Assembly (NCBI GenBank): GCA_030295235.1 | Contig: AP026141.1 | Location: forward strand, 558,001-622,000 | Reading direction: 5' to 3' | DNA length: 64,000 nt | Origin: Fistulifera solaris | Taxonomy: Eukaryota | Position numbers and translations under genes: made by a program | The notes under the pieces: model-generated | Databases searched by the model: none | The model's input: the letters and a program-made list of their open reading frames with translations, nothing else | What the model was told of the DNA's origin: nothing | In this document: positions 12,348-25,129 of the stretch, one piece after another | How the letters are laid out: the number at the start of each line of letters is the position of its first letter | How positions within the stretch are numbered: the stretch's first letter is position 1

Positions 12348-12981
12348 AAGAAAGAATGACACGCAATTGTGTGTCGACGCATGTAGTGCCTCGTTGCTTT
12401 CTTATTATACGTGACTTTGCTGATGTAGTTGACTAGTGTTTTTAAATTATTGCTGGAAAGGTCATGCATTTTTCAGTTGAAATTGCTAAAGACATAGGGT
12501 CACTGCCTCCAACCGCACTTCAGATATTCATTCGTTCTTAGCTCGTTCACGATTTCTGAGTCGTGAATCGTGCTCTGGCGCGCGCCTCCGCCGCTTCTAT
12601 GAAATTTAGTACTTCGTACGGCAGACCCAAATCTGGTATAGGGAGTAATGTTCTCTGGTTTCATAGGACTTCAATTTTCGATTCCGATTTCCTAAGTAAA
12701 TCGACAAAGTACTAATTGATATATACCATTTAGAGTGCCGGACACGGATACATAATACAATTTGTCTCGCCGAGACACGGATACATAGCCGCATTTTTCT
12801 TTGAGCGACCGTTTGGAAATGCCGATCTTGGATGATGTCAAATGGTTGGCGGTAGATCTCAAAAGGCTTCGGCGGCGGAGATCTATTCATAACTTTCCTT
12901 CTCCCCCTTTTGGTCCTTAAGCCAAGCTTACAAAAGCTTTTTGTTACAGGAACGCTAGTTTTTGAAATTATCGACAAAACG

Positions 12982-13902
12982 ATGAAAGCCTACACATATT
13001 TCCTCCTGTTGCTGGCTTGCGAGCCTTCACTAGCATTCTCTCCCCAAGCCCCCCAACGTGATGTATCACGGACTGCACTGTTTTCTACCCCCGGCATGGG
13101 CGAACGTGTCATGGAAAACTTGAATCTTCAACCACCGATGAGCCCCGCGGCCGGTGGCCTGGCCGCCCTGGAATGCCCTCCGCCCCCGAACGCGTCAATC
13201 AAGGCCCCATGAATGGCAACACTTCGTGGGACATGGCTACACCCGTTTTAATTCAAGGAAATTCACTTCGCACCTGGTCCTTTGATCAAAATGTCAAGAG
13301 AGTACAGCTACTGATGAGGACCGGAGGTCGACCCATGCATTCGAACGTGGAATTATGGCACGGTCCCGACAATACTCCACAGAAAATTGGCTTGTACGTG
13401 GAAGATGGCAACGAACGACCGATGAATGCTGTCATTGAATTGCCCAAAGGACCCAACAGTGTCGCCGTATTCAACACGGGTAACTTGGAATTCCCCCCTC
13501 TCGGCCGGTGTACAACCCGGTTCGGAGGAGCCCATGGACATTTCGGTATTGAAAACCGCCCGCACCATACAAGGAGGGGCGCTGCATACCTACCCCTTTG
13601 ACGCGACGGTACAAAGCGTTCAAATTTTGCTAAGAACCGAAGGACGACCGCTGAATGCCCGTATTGAGTTGTTGCAAGGTCCTAACAACAACAAACAAGT
13701 CATGGAAGTCTACACGGAAGATGGCTACGATCGACCGTTTTATGTGGTGATTGCCACACCCGGCAGCGGCAACGTCATTCGTTTGTTAAATACAGCTCCG
13801 CTCGAATTTCCTCTCACGGCGTCCGTCGAACCCTTGGAAGTGGCCACTACGTTCGATGCCATGTCGGATGGACGCACCTTCAACGATATCAACATTTATT
13901 AA
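12982..13902 (+). CDS. Uncharacterised two-repeat protein (paralog 3 of 3); frameshifts near 13150-13200 and 13495
   Basis: Signal peptide ending SLA|FSP; three overlapping ORFs together rebuild the full paralog; the second shift lies in a C-run. Confidence 0.75.
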
Positions 13903-14648
13903 CTATCATTAGACAAATCACGCGATCCCTTTGATCTCGGATGCTGCAAATACACACGCGCGCAATTTTAAAAGTTAAAGACGATAAAATACAGCTTTCA
14001 TCAACGCAGTTACAAAACAATCGTATTCTTTCTAGTCATTGTCGTGGTCGCCTTTCTTCCAAAACCTGTATGATTCCTCTTGGAACGTATCAATGTGGGC
14101 CGACATATAATTTTATATGGTTTTGTAAGTTTATTGCTTGTCTGCTCGCAATAGCCATCATCTTGTTTTGTTTCATCGAGCTCTTCCTAGTTTTTGCGTT
14201 TCGCGTGGCTTAAGGTTACGGGTCACGAGAGGTGAGCGCCAAATTTACCGGAAGTAGGTCGTTTCGGTTCTCCGTGATTCATTCAGTTCAAAACGGAAGA
14301 TTTAGGCTCGTTTGATATCAAAAACGTGATTTATCAGTTCTTACTGTTTTTCAGTAGATCGCTCTGACGTCCCAGTTCCCAGTATGACTGTCAAACGATA
14401 CAATTGTGTACCGCAATCGGGTTCAAAAGCGTCCCCCCAACGAAACATCGCAACAGCCGGCGGCCAACGTCGCCTCGATGATTACGTTGCGCGCAAAACG
14501 ATCCACAGAAGTATTGCCCTGCACTTCTTGTTGACTCTATAGTCTATTTGATAGATATCTGTTCTCGCTATTTTGATTGTTTCTTTTGCTTCATAACTTT
14601 CAAAAAGGACTACGTCGTGCGCTGACACAGAATTTAAACGAAGGCAAA

Positions 14649-15713
14649 ATGAGCAACAACAACAATCACTCCGCAGGTGACTCTTCCTCGCAACAGCCCA
14701 CTGTATTCGTTGAAGTCGACCCGACCGACGAAGACGCCGCAGTCATCTCCGGTCCTACGATTTCTTCCGCTTCGGCAGAAGATTCACCAACGCAAATTCC
14801 TCCCGAGCCCGTCGATAAATGCAACACAGAAGAGGAAGAAGAAGACGAGTACGAATATGAATACGAAGAAGACGAGGATGCTCCATTTTCTGGATTCCTC
14901 GTCAATGATTCTTCGAATCTGTTGATTCACACCGAGTCCTCGAAAGCCGCGGATACGAGTAACACTACAGACGCCGCTCCGGAGGGCATCGCCACGATTC
15001 GGGACGATGAAGAATCATCATCGACGACGGCCCCGAAACAAAAATGGCGTCAACCCAGTCAGGAAGCCGTCAGCATGTCGTTGCGGGCCGAACAAGAAAC
15101 GACGGGAGGGAAACGACGATTGGCGCAGGACTTGTATCGGATCATGAATCAAGACACGTCCGAGGCCGGATTTTCGCTCCATCCCACGGCGGAGGATTCC
15201 ATGAAACACTGGACGATTGAATTGTTTCAATTTGATCCGGACAGTAATCTGGCGAAAGATATGAAAGTCTTGGGAATTGAGCACATTGAACTCGAAATGA
15301 CGTTTCCGGATCAATATCCGTTCGAGCCTCCGTTTGTACGAGTCGTCAAGCCGCGGTTCAAACGCCAAACGGGTTTTGTCATGAGTGGGGCACTGTGTAT
15401 GGAATTGCTCACCAAAGATGGCTGGAATCCGGTCAATGATATTGAGTCCGTCATTGTATCGATTCGATCGTTGTTGGTCGTCGGTGACGGCCGTCTCGAA
15501 GCTGCTTATAACTTGACCGATACTCGTTATCAAGAGCTGTTGGCGGCCGCCACGGAGGTGAAAGCGGGTGCGAAGCGTCCCCGGACCGACTCTTCGAAGA
15601 ATGCCGGCGGTGCGTACACGACCGCCGAAGCCGAAGCTGCTTATACTCATTTAAGTGACTATCACAAGAAGAAAGGTTGGGATTCGTCAGGATGGTGGGC
15701 CCGTAAAGGCTAA
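14649..15713 (+). CDS. Ubiquitin-conjugating enzyme E2, UBE2Q-type
   Basis: FPDQYPFEPPFVRVVKPRF...GALCMELLT.DGW.P...IESVI with catalytic Cys; acidic N-terminal extension. Confidence 0.85.
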   Translation: MSNNNNHSAGDSSSQQPTVFVEVDPTDEDAAVISGPTISSASAEDSPTQIPPEPVDKCNTEEEEEDEYEYEYEEDEDAPFSGFLVNDSSNLLIHTESSKAADTSNTTDAAPEGIATIRDDEESSSTTAPKQKWRQPSQEAVSMSLRAEQETTGGKRRLAQDLYRIMNQDTSEAGFSLHPTAEDSMKHWTIELFQFDPDSNLAKDMKVLGIEHIELEMTFPDQYPFEPPFVRVVKPRFKRQTGFVMSGALCMELLTKDGWNPVNDIESVIVSIRSLLVVGDGRLEAAYNLTDTRYQELLAAATEVKAGAKRPRTDSSKNAGGAYTTAEAEAAYTHLSDYHKKKGWDSSGWWARKG

Positions 15714-15964
15714 GTCTATCGAATGCTGTCAACGGTACAGCAGTCTCTGCATTTCTCTCTCCCATTCTTACAATTAGAATTTGCGGACGAATACGTTCGT
15801 GATTGCATGTCTAAAACTTTTACAATCTCAATGACTCTCCTTCTTCCTATTCTTTCCTTTAGTAGTCTAGTTGATTAAAAGGTGCATGAAACGCTCTAGG
15901 ATACGAAGATTGTGATATTGGCGCAAGCAAATGTCCTTTATAGTATTGTGTTTAGTTGTATAAG

Positions 15965-16880
15965 TTATGCCACCGCCAAATAGCACCACACCGCACCAAT
16001 TACAATCGCCAGAATCGATGAAACAAAGCTTAACTTTTGTGGAATATCCGGTCGATCCAACACCTGCCCCGCTTTCCGCGTTCCTTCACCAATCAGTGTC
16101 GTTGCCAAAGCCATGGTCGTCATCGTTCCGACGGCGTACGCGGAAAGAAAGGCCAAACTCCCACCCCACGTGGCCACCGCCACGGCGGGGGCCAACGACG
16201 GTGCTCCATCCCACGAAAACCCGTGCAATATGCCATTGAAGAGGACGGCGCGTTTTTGTGTCGAATGTTTCGAAGCGACTTGATCCACGACTGCCGCCGA
16301 GAGGGATTGCGAAGCCATCGTGGTGGTCAAATCTTGTTCCCATTCTCGTGCTTCCCGAATGCCCATGACACCAATGACTATGAGAGAAAGACCCACAGCA
16401 ATTTCTGTGACATGCGATGCCCCCGCCAAGACCTTTTCAATCCCTTTCATCCGGTTAATAGTCGATTTGAGTCCAAAGGCCGTCAATCCCAACAACGTCG
16501 CCGACAATCCGTGTCCCATGCCCCAAAGGGCTCCGACACGGACCGCACGGTACCATCGTTGTCCACAACAGCGCGGCAATAACGCGGCCAAGTGATCGGG
16601 GCCTACGAAGTGTGAGTGAATGCCATGTGAAAAGGTATAAAATTGAATACGCACCGGCAATCGCATGCAAACCACCGGCAAAGAGTCCTCCTGTAATTGC
16701 TCCAGCAATGGCACCAAATCCGGCGGCCGGAGCTGCTTTCAATGATGTTGTTGTTGATTGGATAGGTTTTACCGGTCGTAGTGCCATTGATTTGTGAGTC
16801 GTCGAGAAACCTTCGACGTCGTGACAAAAGAATAACTGGAGGATGAAGAGTAGTAGCAGATGACAGGATGTCCGTCTCAT
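15965..16880 (-). CDS. NiCoT/UreH-like nickel/cobalt transporter, probably plastid-targeted; intron 16603-16654
   Basis: The spliced product gives GLHAIA|GPDHLAAL, plus WGMGHG and GILHG; bipartite presequence (VEG|FS); 52-nt GT-AG intron. Confidence 0.8.
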
Positions 16881-17493
16881 TTTTCTTCTAATTTCTGTAT
16901 CGAATTCGGTCGTTCTTTCTCTGTTATCAGAGAATGCTCGTGCTTGGCTGACACGGGTGTTATAATGAATCAATATTGCCGTTGTTGACTTTCTTCAACT
17001 CGCACTTTTGTTGTGTTTTCTCGAGACTGCGTCGTAGGTGCGTGTCGGCGGTTTTTTTCGCGACGACGAAACAAGCGGCGGAGAACCATCCTTTCGACCG
17101 AGTACCGCGAACGAGAAAGGTAACCTTCTGTACATTCTGTCATAGAGTGGGTGACGCGGTGCACCGTGCACCTTGTGCACCTTCTGGCAAGTCATACAAG
17201 ATTGTAGGATCAATACCGTACCGACATTTTTAAAACTTCCACGGGGAGGAAAAAATGGCTTGCTTGTTCTAATTGCTTTTTCGATGCATTTCTCGGTCGG
17301 CTCCACCATGATGATAAAACAGTTGCTTCAATCACAACATTTTTCGTCATTCATGCTTCACTTAGTACCGAAGAAAAGCTTTGAGAATGTATAGAACAAC
17401 ATATCTTGTCAAAAGAGCGAGATAATAATCGAAGTGGCGAAGTCATTGATCCGCTTTCTCATTTCGACCATCCAATTTCTCGCACGGATCATC

Positions 17494-17910
17494 ATGTCGA
17501 ACGAAGGAAGTGCATCGTCGACAAGTCAAGATGATGCCTCCGCGAAAGACGATACCCACTGGACGACGGCCTTCGTGTTACAGACAATCGTCTTGTTTCT
17601 CGTCACGGGCCTGGCCGAAATTGGGGGCGGTTGGTTGGTCTGGAAATGCGTCCGCGACCATCGTCCGTGGTGGTGGGGTGTCGCGGGAAGTCTGGTTTTA
17701 GTAGCATATGGCTTCTTGCCCACACTACAACCCGTCGTGGACTCGTTTGGTCGCATTTATGCCGTCTACGGTGGATTCTTTATTGCGCTTTCCTTATTGT
17801 GGGGATGGGGACTGGACGGGGATCGGCACGATGTCGGTGATGTCGTGGGTAGTGCAGTGGCTTTGGTCGGTGTGTTGTTGATGCTATTTTGGCCTATGCG
17901 GGAAACGTAG
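17494..17910 (+). CDS. YnfA/UPF0060 family small membrane protein
   Basis: LAEIGGGWLVW and FGRIYAVYGGFFIALSLLWGW..DG.R.D..D..G; four TM segments; intronless. Confidence 0.85.
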   Translation: MSNEGSASSTSQDDASAKDDTHWTTAFVLQTIVLFLVTGLAEIGGGWLVWKCVRDHRPWWWGVAGSLVLVAYGFLPTLQPVVDSFGRIYAVYGGFFIALSLLWGWGLDGDRHDVGDVVGSAVALVGVLLMLFWPMRET

Positions 17911-18424
17911 AACAAGATAGAATCACGGTTGAAATATGAAAGATCGAAACGACTGCTTCTATTATTTAAAAAATGAACCAACCTTCAATGTTCTCAGCAA
18001 GCATTTCTTATTGCAATGTCACTGTAGTGGATGACTTCGGAGTTCGCTGTAGTTTTGAAAGATCCTCTAGTCTAGTCTAGAGTCTACCACCTTTTTTTAT
18101 GTTATCAGCGTCGGTGTATCCTTATCCTTAGCCTTAACGGAGTTGTGTCGTCATGCAGACACGCACAGACGCCAGACCCGCAAGTCGGCCATCCATCTTC
18201 GGGCGCGAATCTCCCAGATTCAGCAGACAGCCGGCTGAACGATCGACAGTACTCGACGAGAAATTTAGCAACTCAAATCGTTACACGAAAAGATTTGCCG
18301 CGTTCGGCGTCAGCATCGCCATTGTTCGAAAAAATAATGCATCATTCGTTTCTCATTCATCACCACCAGTGACATTCTGCACAAACAATAGATTAAAATT
18401 CATTCTCACAAACTTCATAAGACA

Positions 18425-20192
18425 ATGACCAAAGACATGTCGCCGCAAGAAGAAAAGACCGAAGAAGACGTCGATAGGAAAAACGACGTCGAAGATGTCG
18501 AACTCGCGGAAACGGAGGATGGATCCGGTGACAAACTAGAAGAAAGTGACGACAAGAGAATCCACATGAAGGTTGCCGCCGACGCTCCTTGGAAGGATCG
18601 TATGTGGGAAGTCTTTACGACTTTCTGGCCCCTCGGTTTCATTGCGTTTGGTGGTCCACAAGCGCACGTGGCCATTTTGCGAGATCATTTGGTGGTGCAG
18701 CGCGATTGGTTGGATGAAGAACAGTTTACGGAACTCTTTGCGATCGGGCAGGTATGTGATGTATTCGTGTCTGTAAAATAAAAAAGGAACCTTGAGACTG
18801 ACTGTTTCGTTTCTTTGTGACGATCACAGGGTCTCCCGGGTCCGACGAGTACGCAGCTGGTGATTTCTACGGCGCTCAGTCGTGCCGGTCCTTTGGGAGG
18901 ACTCATGGCATTGTTGTTATGGAATCTCCCGGGTCTCGTTGTACTCACCTTGTGCGGTGTACTCATTGATGCGGTACGTACCGAGAGAGAATGTAAAGGT
19001 TCGCCCAAAGTTGGAGAGCAAACCAAACTCATATCTATCTTTTTTGACTGACAGTACATTGATCCCAATAATCCCCCGTGGTATCTCATTGGTCTTCCAC
19101 CGGCTGCCATCAGTCTCGTTTTCAAGGCTTTCTACGGCTTTGCTTCCAAGCTTGATACACTGGGTATTATCTTGGTACGTAACGCAACCTCTGTCCTACT
19201 CTATTTTTTTCTTGTAACTTTATCTCACACGTCCCACAGGCCCTCTTCTCCTCGTGTGTAGCTGTTTTGATCAATAACGACGATGATATCAAAGCCAATA
19301 GCAGTCAGTGGGTCTTTCCTACGTGTCTGGCCATCGGTGCGCTCATTACATGGGTCGATTCCAAGCGTGAAAAGCCCTTTTCGAACTATGGTAGTCCCTC
19401 GAAAGGTTGGGACCGTGATACTGACGAAACATTCAAGCGCATCGGTATTCCGTTGTGGGTCGGCGCTATCATATTTTGTGTCTATCTCGGTGTCCTGGTC
19501 TTGGCGATTGTATTGGCGGATGTGGCGAAGATTGAAAACGAATACTTGGAGATTTTCGAAATCATGTACCGTATCGGTAGTATTATCTTTGGTGGAGGTC
19601 AGGTGGTACTTCCGATGCTTCAAGATGAGGTTGTTCCGGCTTGGATGACGAATAGTCAATTCTTACAAGGTTTGGGTATTGCTCAGTCCATGCCGGGTCC
19701 TTTGTTCAACTTCTCGGCCTATCTCGGTGCTGTTTATCAAGGTGTTCCCGGAGCTCTCGTTGCCTTTGTTGGTTTATTTGGACCGGGTGTCATTCTTATT
19801 TTTGCATTCTGTCCGTTCTGGTACGTTTTTGCGATCTTCAATATTCATAATCACCGCCTGAATGTGGCACTCACTTTATGAATTTCAGGGCCCGACTTCG
19901 TCACAACCAAGACTTTAAAGCCATTCTCAAGGGTCTCAATTCGACTGCCATTGGTCTTGTTGGTGCTGCGTGTATCATTCTTTGGGAATCTGCCATTTCG
20001 GGATCAGCCGATGCCATTGTATTTTCAATCGCCTTTACTTTGGCCGTAGTCTTTAACGTCCAGGCTCCTCTTTGCATCCTCGTGGGTGGAATCGTCGGAG
20101 CCCTCATGCACCCGGACGCTCTGGATCTAGGCCAGCGCGCCTATTGCGTTGATTCTGGCTTTGTCATCCCGCCTCCCGAGAATGAATTGTAG
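18425..20192 (+). CDS. Chromate ion transporter (CHR family, long two-domain form); introns 18752-18829, 18974-19054, 19175-19239, 19821-19888
   Basis: GFIAFGGPQAH, GQ|GLPGP, GSIIFGGGQVVLP and AQSMPGPLFNFSAYLG; all four introns are GT-AG and keep the frame. Confidence 0.9.
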
Positions 20193-20784
20193 ATCCTTGA
20201 TACCGTGCCCTCATGAAAGTGAGGATGTTACGGCGGTGTTGATGTATGTGATCGCGACAGAACTAATTGTCAGTGTAGGCTGAGGATTGAAATAAACCAT
20301 CTATAGCTGTTGCGGTGTTTCTTGTGTATAAAATCCTTCTATCTATTTCTTCTGTTCTACGACAGCTAGTGTTTTATAACGCTACCTGGTACTGGTTCGG
20401 AGTAAAATAATGTCACCTAAGATCTAGTTTTGCACGCTTCCATCGTCCACTCCCACAACCTCGTGACTGGACCGGTTGTTTTAGCTTTCGAAAAATATCG
20501 TTTAGAATTGAGCCGACGGGAATGTTCTTTTGTCGTTAGTTCTTACATTACATAGGACCAATGACTCTTTATTGGACACTTTGCTTATAAACACAGAACA
20601 TCAAACTAGTCGTGTACATTCTGCGCGAGGTTCGTGCGACGTGGCATAGGTACACTCCGATATCTCCGCCTTCCAAGCATCCGGCGCATTTGTTTCTTCT
20701 CCCACCACTTTTTCGGTGTGTTTGTTTTGGATCGGTGTCCGTTTGCTTGTTGTTTTTGTATCTTGTCATTGTGATCGTGTCAAC

Positions 20785-21336
20785 ATGAAATCTTGTGTGG
20801 CTGTATTTCTCTTTGCACCTGCGGTGCTCGCTCAAACTGCTCCTTCGCCCGTTCTGACGGAGAATGGCTTTGACTGCTTCTTAACGACCCCCGAACTCCG
20901 TGACGCGGTCGATGCTTACTTGGATGATCCTTCGCAAGGGACCGCGACTGCCCAAAAGTACGGTTGGCCCATTGGAACCTGGTGTGTGCGGAATATTGCG
21001 GACTATTCTTATTTGTTCGATGCGAACCGCAATCCAAAAAGTGCAACATTCAATGAGGACTTGACCGGTTGGGTCACCACCAACGCCCGCGACATGAGTT
21101 TCATGTTTGCCGGGGCTGCCGCATTCAACGGAGACGTATCCAAGTTTCAAACCGGGCGTGTATTGAATATGCCGGGTATGTTTGAGGATGCGATCAGCTT
21201 CAACCGAGATGTTTCGCAATGGGACGTCTTTAATGTTCGAGACTTTGAACGCATTTTCCGCGAAGCCATAGCCTTTACCGGTGATATTTCCAGCTGGGAT
21301 ATGCGTTGCGCCGAAACAAATAGCACTCTATTTTAG
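20785..21336 (+). CDS. DUF285/BspA-like repeat secreted protein, C-terminally shortened paralog
   Basis: Signal peptide, YGWPIGTWCV, repeats of MF..A..FN.DVS.W; stops where its neighbour continues. Confidence 0.75.
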   Translation: MKSCVAVFLFAPAVLAQTAPSPVLTENGFDCFLTTPELRDAVDAYLDDPSQGTATAQKYGWPIGTWCVRNIADYSYLFDANRNPKSATFNEDLTGWVTTNARDMSFMFAGAAAFNGDVSKFQTGRVLNMPGMFEDAISFNRDVSQWDVFNVRDFERIFREAIAFTGDISSWDMRCAETNSTLF

Positions 21337-22287
21337 TGCTTTGTGGTACTCAAGTCAATTTTTCTCGCGCATTGGCGGTGGGAACTTGACAGGGCGACTT
21401 TCAGCCGAATGAATTGACAACGCTAATGAACATATTGATAGCTAATCTTCACTTTGGATTCGGATTTCGGATGGGTTCATTCTCTTAAGACAGGCGGCAG
21501 CAATGATGAATGAGAAGGATTAGATTGATTTGGCGAATAACACTATAAATACTGGAATAAACTAAAGTTGAACGCGTCGAGCCTCTAGTTCATTGCTTGA
21601 CGTGACCTTTTACCGGTACCAGGTACGGTACCGTACACCCCTACCCTTTGTCGAAAACCATGGCCTTCTTGTTCTTGTCGGTTAGGGTTCACAAGAGAAT
21701 GACGAGATCGAAATTGAGTGGTGGGTGGTGGACAACTTGGTGGACAAACCAAGAACAAAAAAATGACGCCCAGCCGGCAACGGACAATTTCGAAAAAATT
21801 CGCTTAGAGCCTTTGTTCCCCTTGAAATCTAAGTAAATATTTTGTGACGTAGTTGTTTCACTGAAGCGGGACTTTTGGCGTTGCGCACTTGTCCTTGACG
21901 TGCCTGCGTGCTCGTTGTATGGATCGTGACAAAATAAACCAGTCACCCACCGGCATTCGAGTACTCTATATATCACCTTTTATGTCCCGGGTTGTTCTCG
22001 AAATTTTTAAATTGTTTAAGTAAACAAATTCGTAAGTATCTGTTTAACCGTTAGTAACGGTATTACCGCAAATGAAATTTCACACTACGATTCAAATTTT
22101 GGTGTTACCGTGCTCGTGCGCAGTCGCTGACCTGTTTGTCCGTTCCGTAGGAAATCTACACATGCTTGTCGTGGGGAAGCACTCCGAATTCCTCCCACCG
22201 CACCTCCGCATAACAGCAGCGCACTCGCATTTCATTGCAACAGTCTTTCCACTCTTTTGTAGTTATCGTTTGCTGTTCCAAGTCACC

Positions 22288-23150
22288 ATGAGATCTTTAA
22301 TAGTCGCAACCCTTCTTTCTGCCGTCTCTGTACTCGCACAACCCGGCCGGCCAGGACCAGACGCGCCTGCACCAGAACCTGTTCTGGAAGAGAATGGCTT
22401 CAAGTGCTTTCTTACCACTCCCGAACTGCGAGATGCTGTAGATGCTTACTTGGCCGATCCCTCCGAAGGTTCCGCGGTCGCCCAAGAGTACGGCTGGCCC
22501 ATCGGTGAATGGTGTGTTCGCAACATTGCTGACTTCTCCCACTTGTTCGACTCGAACCGTAACCCCGCTGTTGTGACTTTCAGCGAAGACTTGACCGGAT
22601 GGGTCACTACTTGCGCCCGTGACATGAGCTACATGTTCGCCGGAGCTACCGAATTCAACGGAGACGTAACGAAGTTTCAAACTGGTCGTGTTTTGACCAT
22701 GGCGGGTATGTTTGAAGATGCCAGAGCTTTTAACGGTAATCTCGGCAGCTGGGACGTCTTTAACGTGCAAAACTTCCAGCGCATGTTTGGTGGCGCCGAG
22801 TCTTTCGAAGGAAACGGTTTGGAGGAATGGGACACTCGATGTGCAGAGGATATTAGCTACATGTTCTACACGGCTTTCTCCTTTAACGCCGACCTTTCTA
22901 CTTGGGAAGTATCGAACATCCGAGACTTCCACTTCGCTTTGATGACGCTAGAACCTTTTCTCAGAACTTGTGCCCGTGGACGGAGTCAATCACGAACTTG
23001 GACCCCAAGGATGCGATTGCCATGTTCACCGGTACATCGTGCCCGGAGGCTGTGGAGTTGGAACCCGTGTTGGACGAAGAAGCCATTGGAGAGCCTCTCA
23101 CCGTCTTCTGCTACAACTGTACGGAATTCCAACGCCGCAAGCGTCAATAA
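22288..23150 (+). CDS. DUF285/BspA-like repeat secreted protein; frameshift near 22938
   Basis: Signal peptide, YGWPIGEWCV and about five MF..A..FN..L..WD repeats; the C-terminal FSQNLCPW...MFTGTSCP...FC lies in the next frame after a T-run. Confidence 0.8.
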
Positions 23151-23607
23151 GCGCGCACTATAGCGAGATAGGACATCTTCGTTTGTGATAGTGTGTGATA
23201 AAATAATATACTCTACGCTTTAGGTGAATCAATGTTTGCATCAGCTTGTGTCTATTTGCAGAATGACCTAGTCTAGGACGCCTTTAACCTGAATCGCTTT
23301 TGAAAAGGTCTCCTAGCATTAATCATTGGCTTTCGCCACTAGTATGATTCCCACCCGGACTACCTTGTCCTATTACCCAAGTGCTACTTCCTTGATGCTT
23401 CTGCGATGTGCTCATACTGGTAAGGTTATTATATGTGCTAGGCTATTCTTTCTCACCTATCCTTCCATCTTGCCTACAAATATACTAATGTAAAGCATCG
23501 CTAATCGCGTGGTGTGCATACGGGATGCGGACAATTGAAAGACTTGAACTGTTCCTAACAATCCCTTGCTATGGAGTATTATTCATTAACCAACTGCTTC
23601 TTAAATA

Positions 23608-24734
23608 CTAGGGCTCTCTCCACACGGTTTGAACTTGATCCGTCCTGTATCGCTGTGTGCACACACTGTCTTCCAAGGGTGTTGGTGTCGCCCCATATTG
23701 CAGTTGCAGGATACCCGCTTGCGCAATCATGGCTCCATTGTCGATGCAATACCGGTGATCCATCGCACAGAGGGTAGCCCCTCGTTCGTGACACATTTGT
23801 TGCATCATGTCTTGCAGTCGCTGGTTGCAACCCACTCCTCCCACGATCAGCACTTGCGATTGCTGTGTAACAGCCATGGCTCGTTCGGTGATCTCCACCA
23901 GCATGGCAAAGATGGTTTCTTGCAACGAAAAGCACAAATCATCGGCAGTAAAGTCGGATGACGACGAAAGTGCCTTCGCATACTGTTCGACTTGGGTCAA
24001 AATACCCGAAAAACTGACATCCATCCCCTTGACGGTATACGGCAACTCCAAAAAGCGGTTCCCAGCGCGTTTGGCGGCTTGCTCAATGTTGTATCCCGGC
24101 GATGGGTCGTTCGACAAGTGCAACACACGGGCGAACCGATCCAAACAATTTCCACGGCAATATCAATCGTCTCTCCAAAGATTCGGTAGCGTTGATTCGA
24201 ATACGCAATGACTTGCGTATTTCCTCCACTGACGTACAATACGACCGGATTGGTCGCTTGACACGCAATGCGTCCCATTTCAATGTGTCCGACGCAGTGA
24301 TTGACGCCCACCAACGGTATATCCCACAACAACGACAACGTCCGGGCCGCAATGACACACGACTGCAAGGGCGCTCCCATTCCCGGTCCTTGGGTGAAAC
24401 AAATGGCCGCAATTTGTTGTAACGTAACAGCAGCTTCTGTCAAGGCTGCCCGGATTAACGGCACCACGTGTTGTTGATGATGCCACGCCGTTTGTTTCGG
24501 CAAGAACCCGTGTCCAGTCGGAGCGACGTACGTTTTCCGAGGATTTGCTCGGATATAGTAAGTTTCCTCGGAGGGATCATATTGCAAGACACCAATTCCG
24601 ATCTTATTGGCAGAACCTTCAATGCCCAATACGTAAGTAATACCGTTGGCAGCCGAAGGAATGTGATGGAGGGGCGGATGAGGTAATGGCAAATTACCAA
24701 ATGCTCGACAGGGCGCGTCGGTCGCTGTCACCAT
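23608..24734 (-). CDS. KAE1: tRNA t6A threonylcarbamoyltransferase Kae1/OSGEP; frameshift near 24153
   Basis: [39 protein letters not shown](GNC)[42 protein letters not shown]. Confidence 0.93.
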
Positions 24735-25129
24735 CCTATCAAATACGTAAGCGACTGAGATGCGATTGTAGGAAAAGGCCAGGGTTACTTGCGATAACAA
24801 GAAGGAATGTAATCTTTTCACGATAATGCCTCGGTAAAAGAAAAAATTATTCGTCGTTGTTTTCGTTTTGCGGTTTTTATTGTGAGCGCGATCGTCTGTC
24901 CTCGTCACGCTTGCTCGGGACTAACATACCAGGTACAGCTGAGTCGTCGGAGATTCCAACAGTACATGAAACTTTAGCTAGAAAAAAACCACCGTTCAGC
25001 AAAAAAGATCTTAGCAATTCTACCAGTTACGGGAAGCAGTCACGTTTTGATCATTCGGTGACCCCGGTGTTTAGATATCGTTAGATCATACAAAGAAGTA
25101 CAAAACTAATTCTAACTATAACACTTGTT

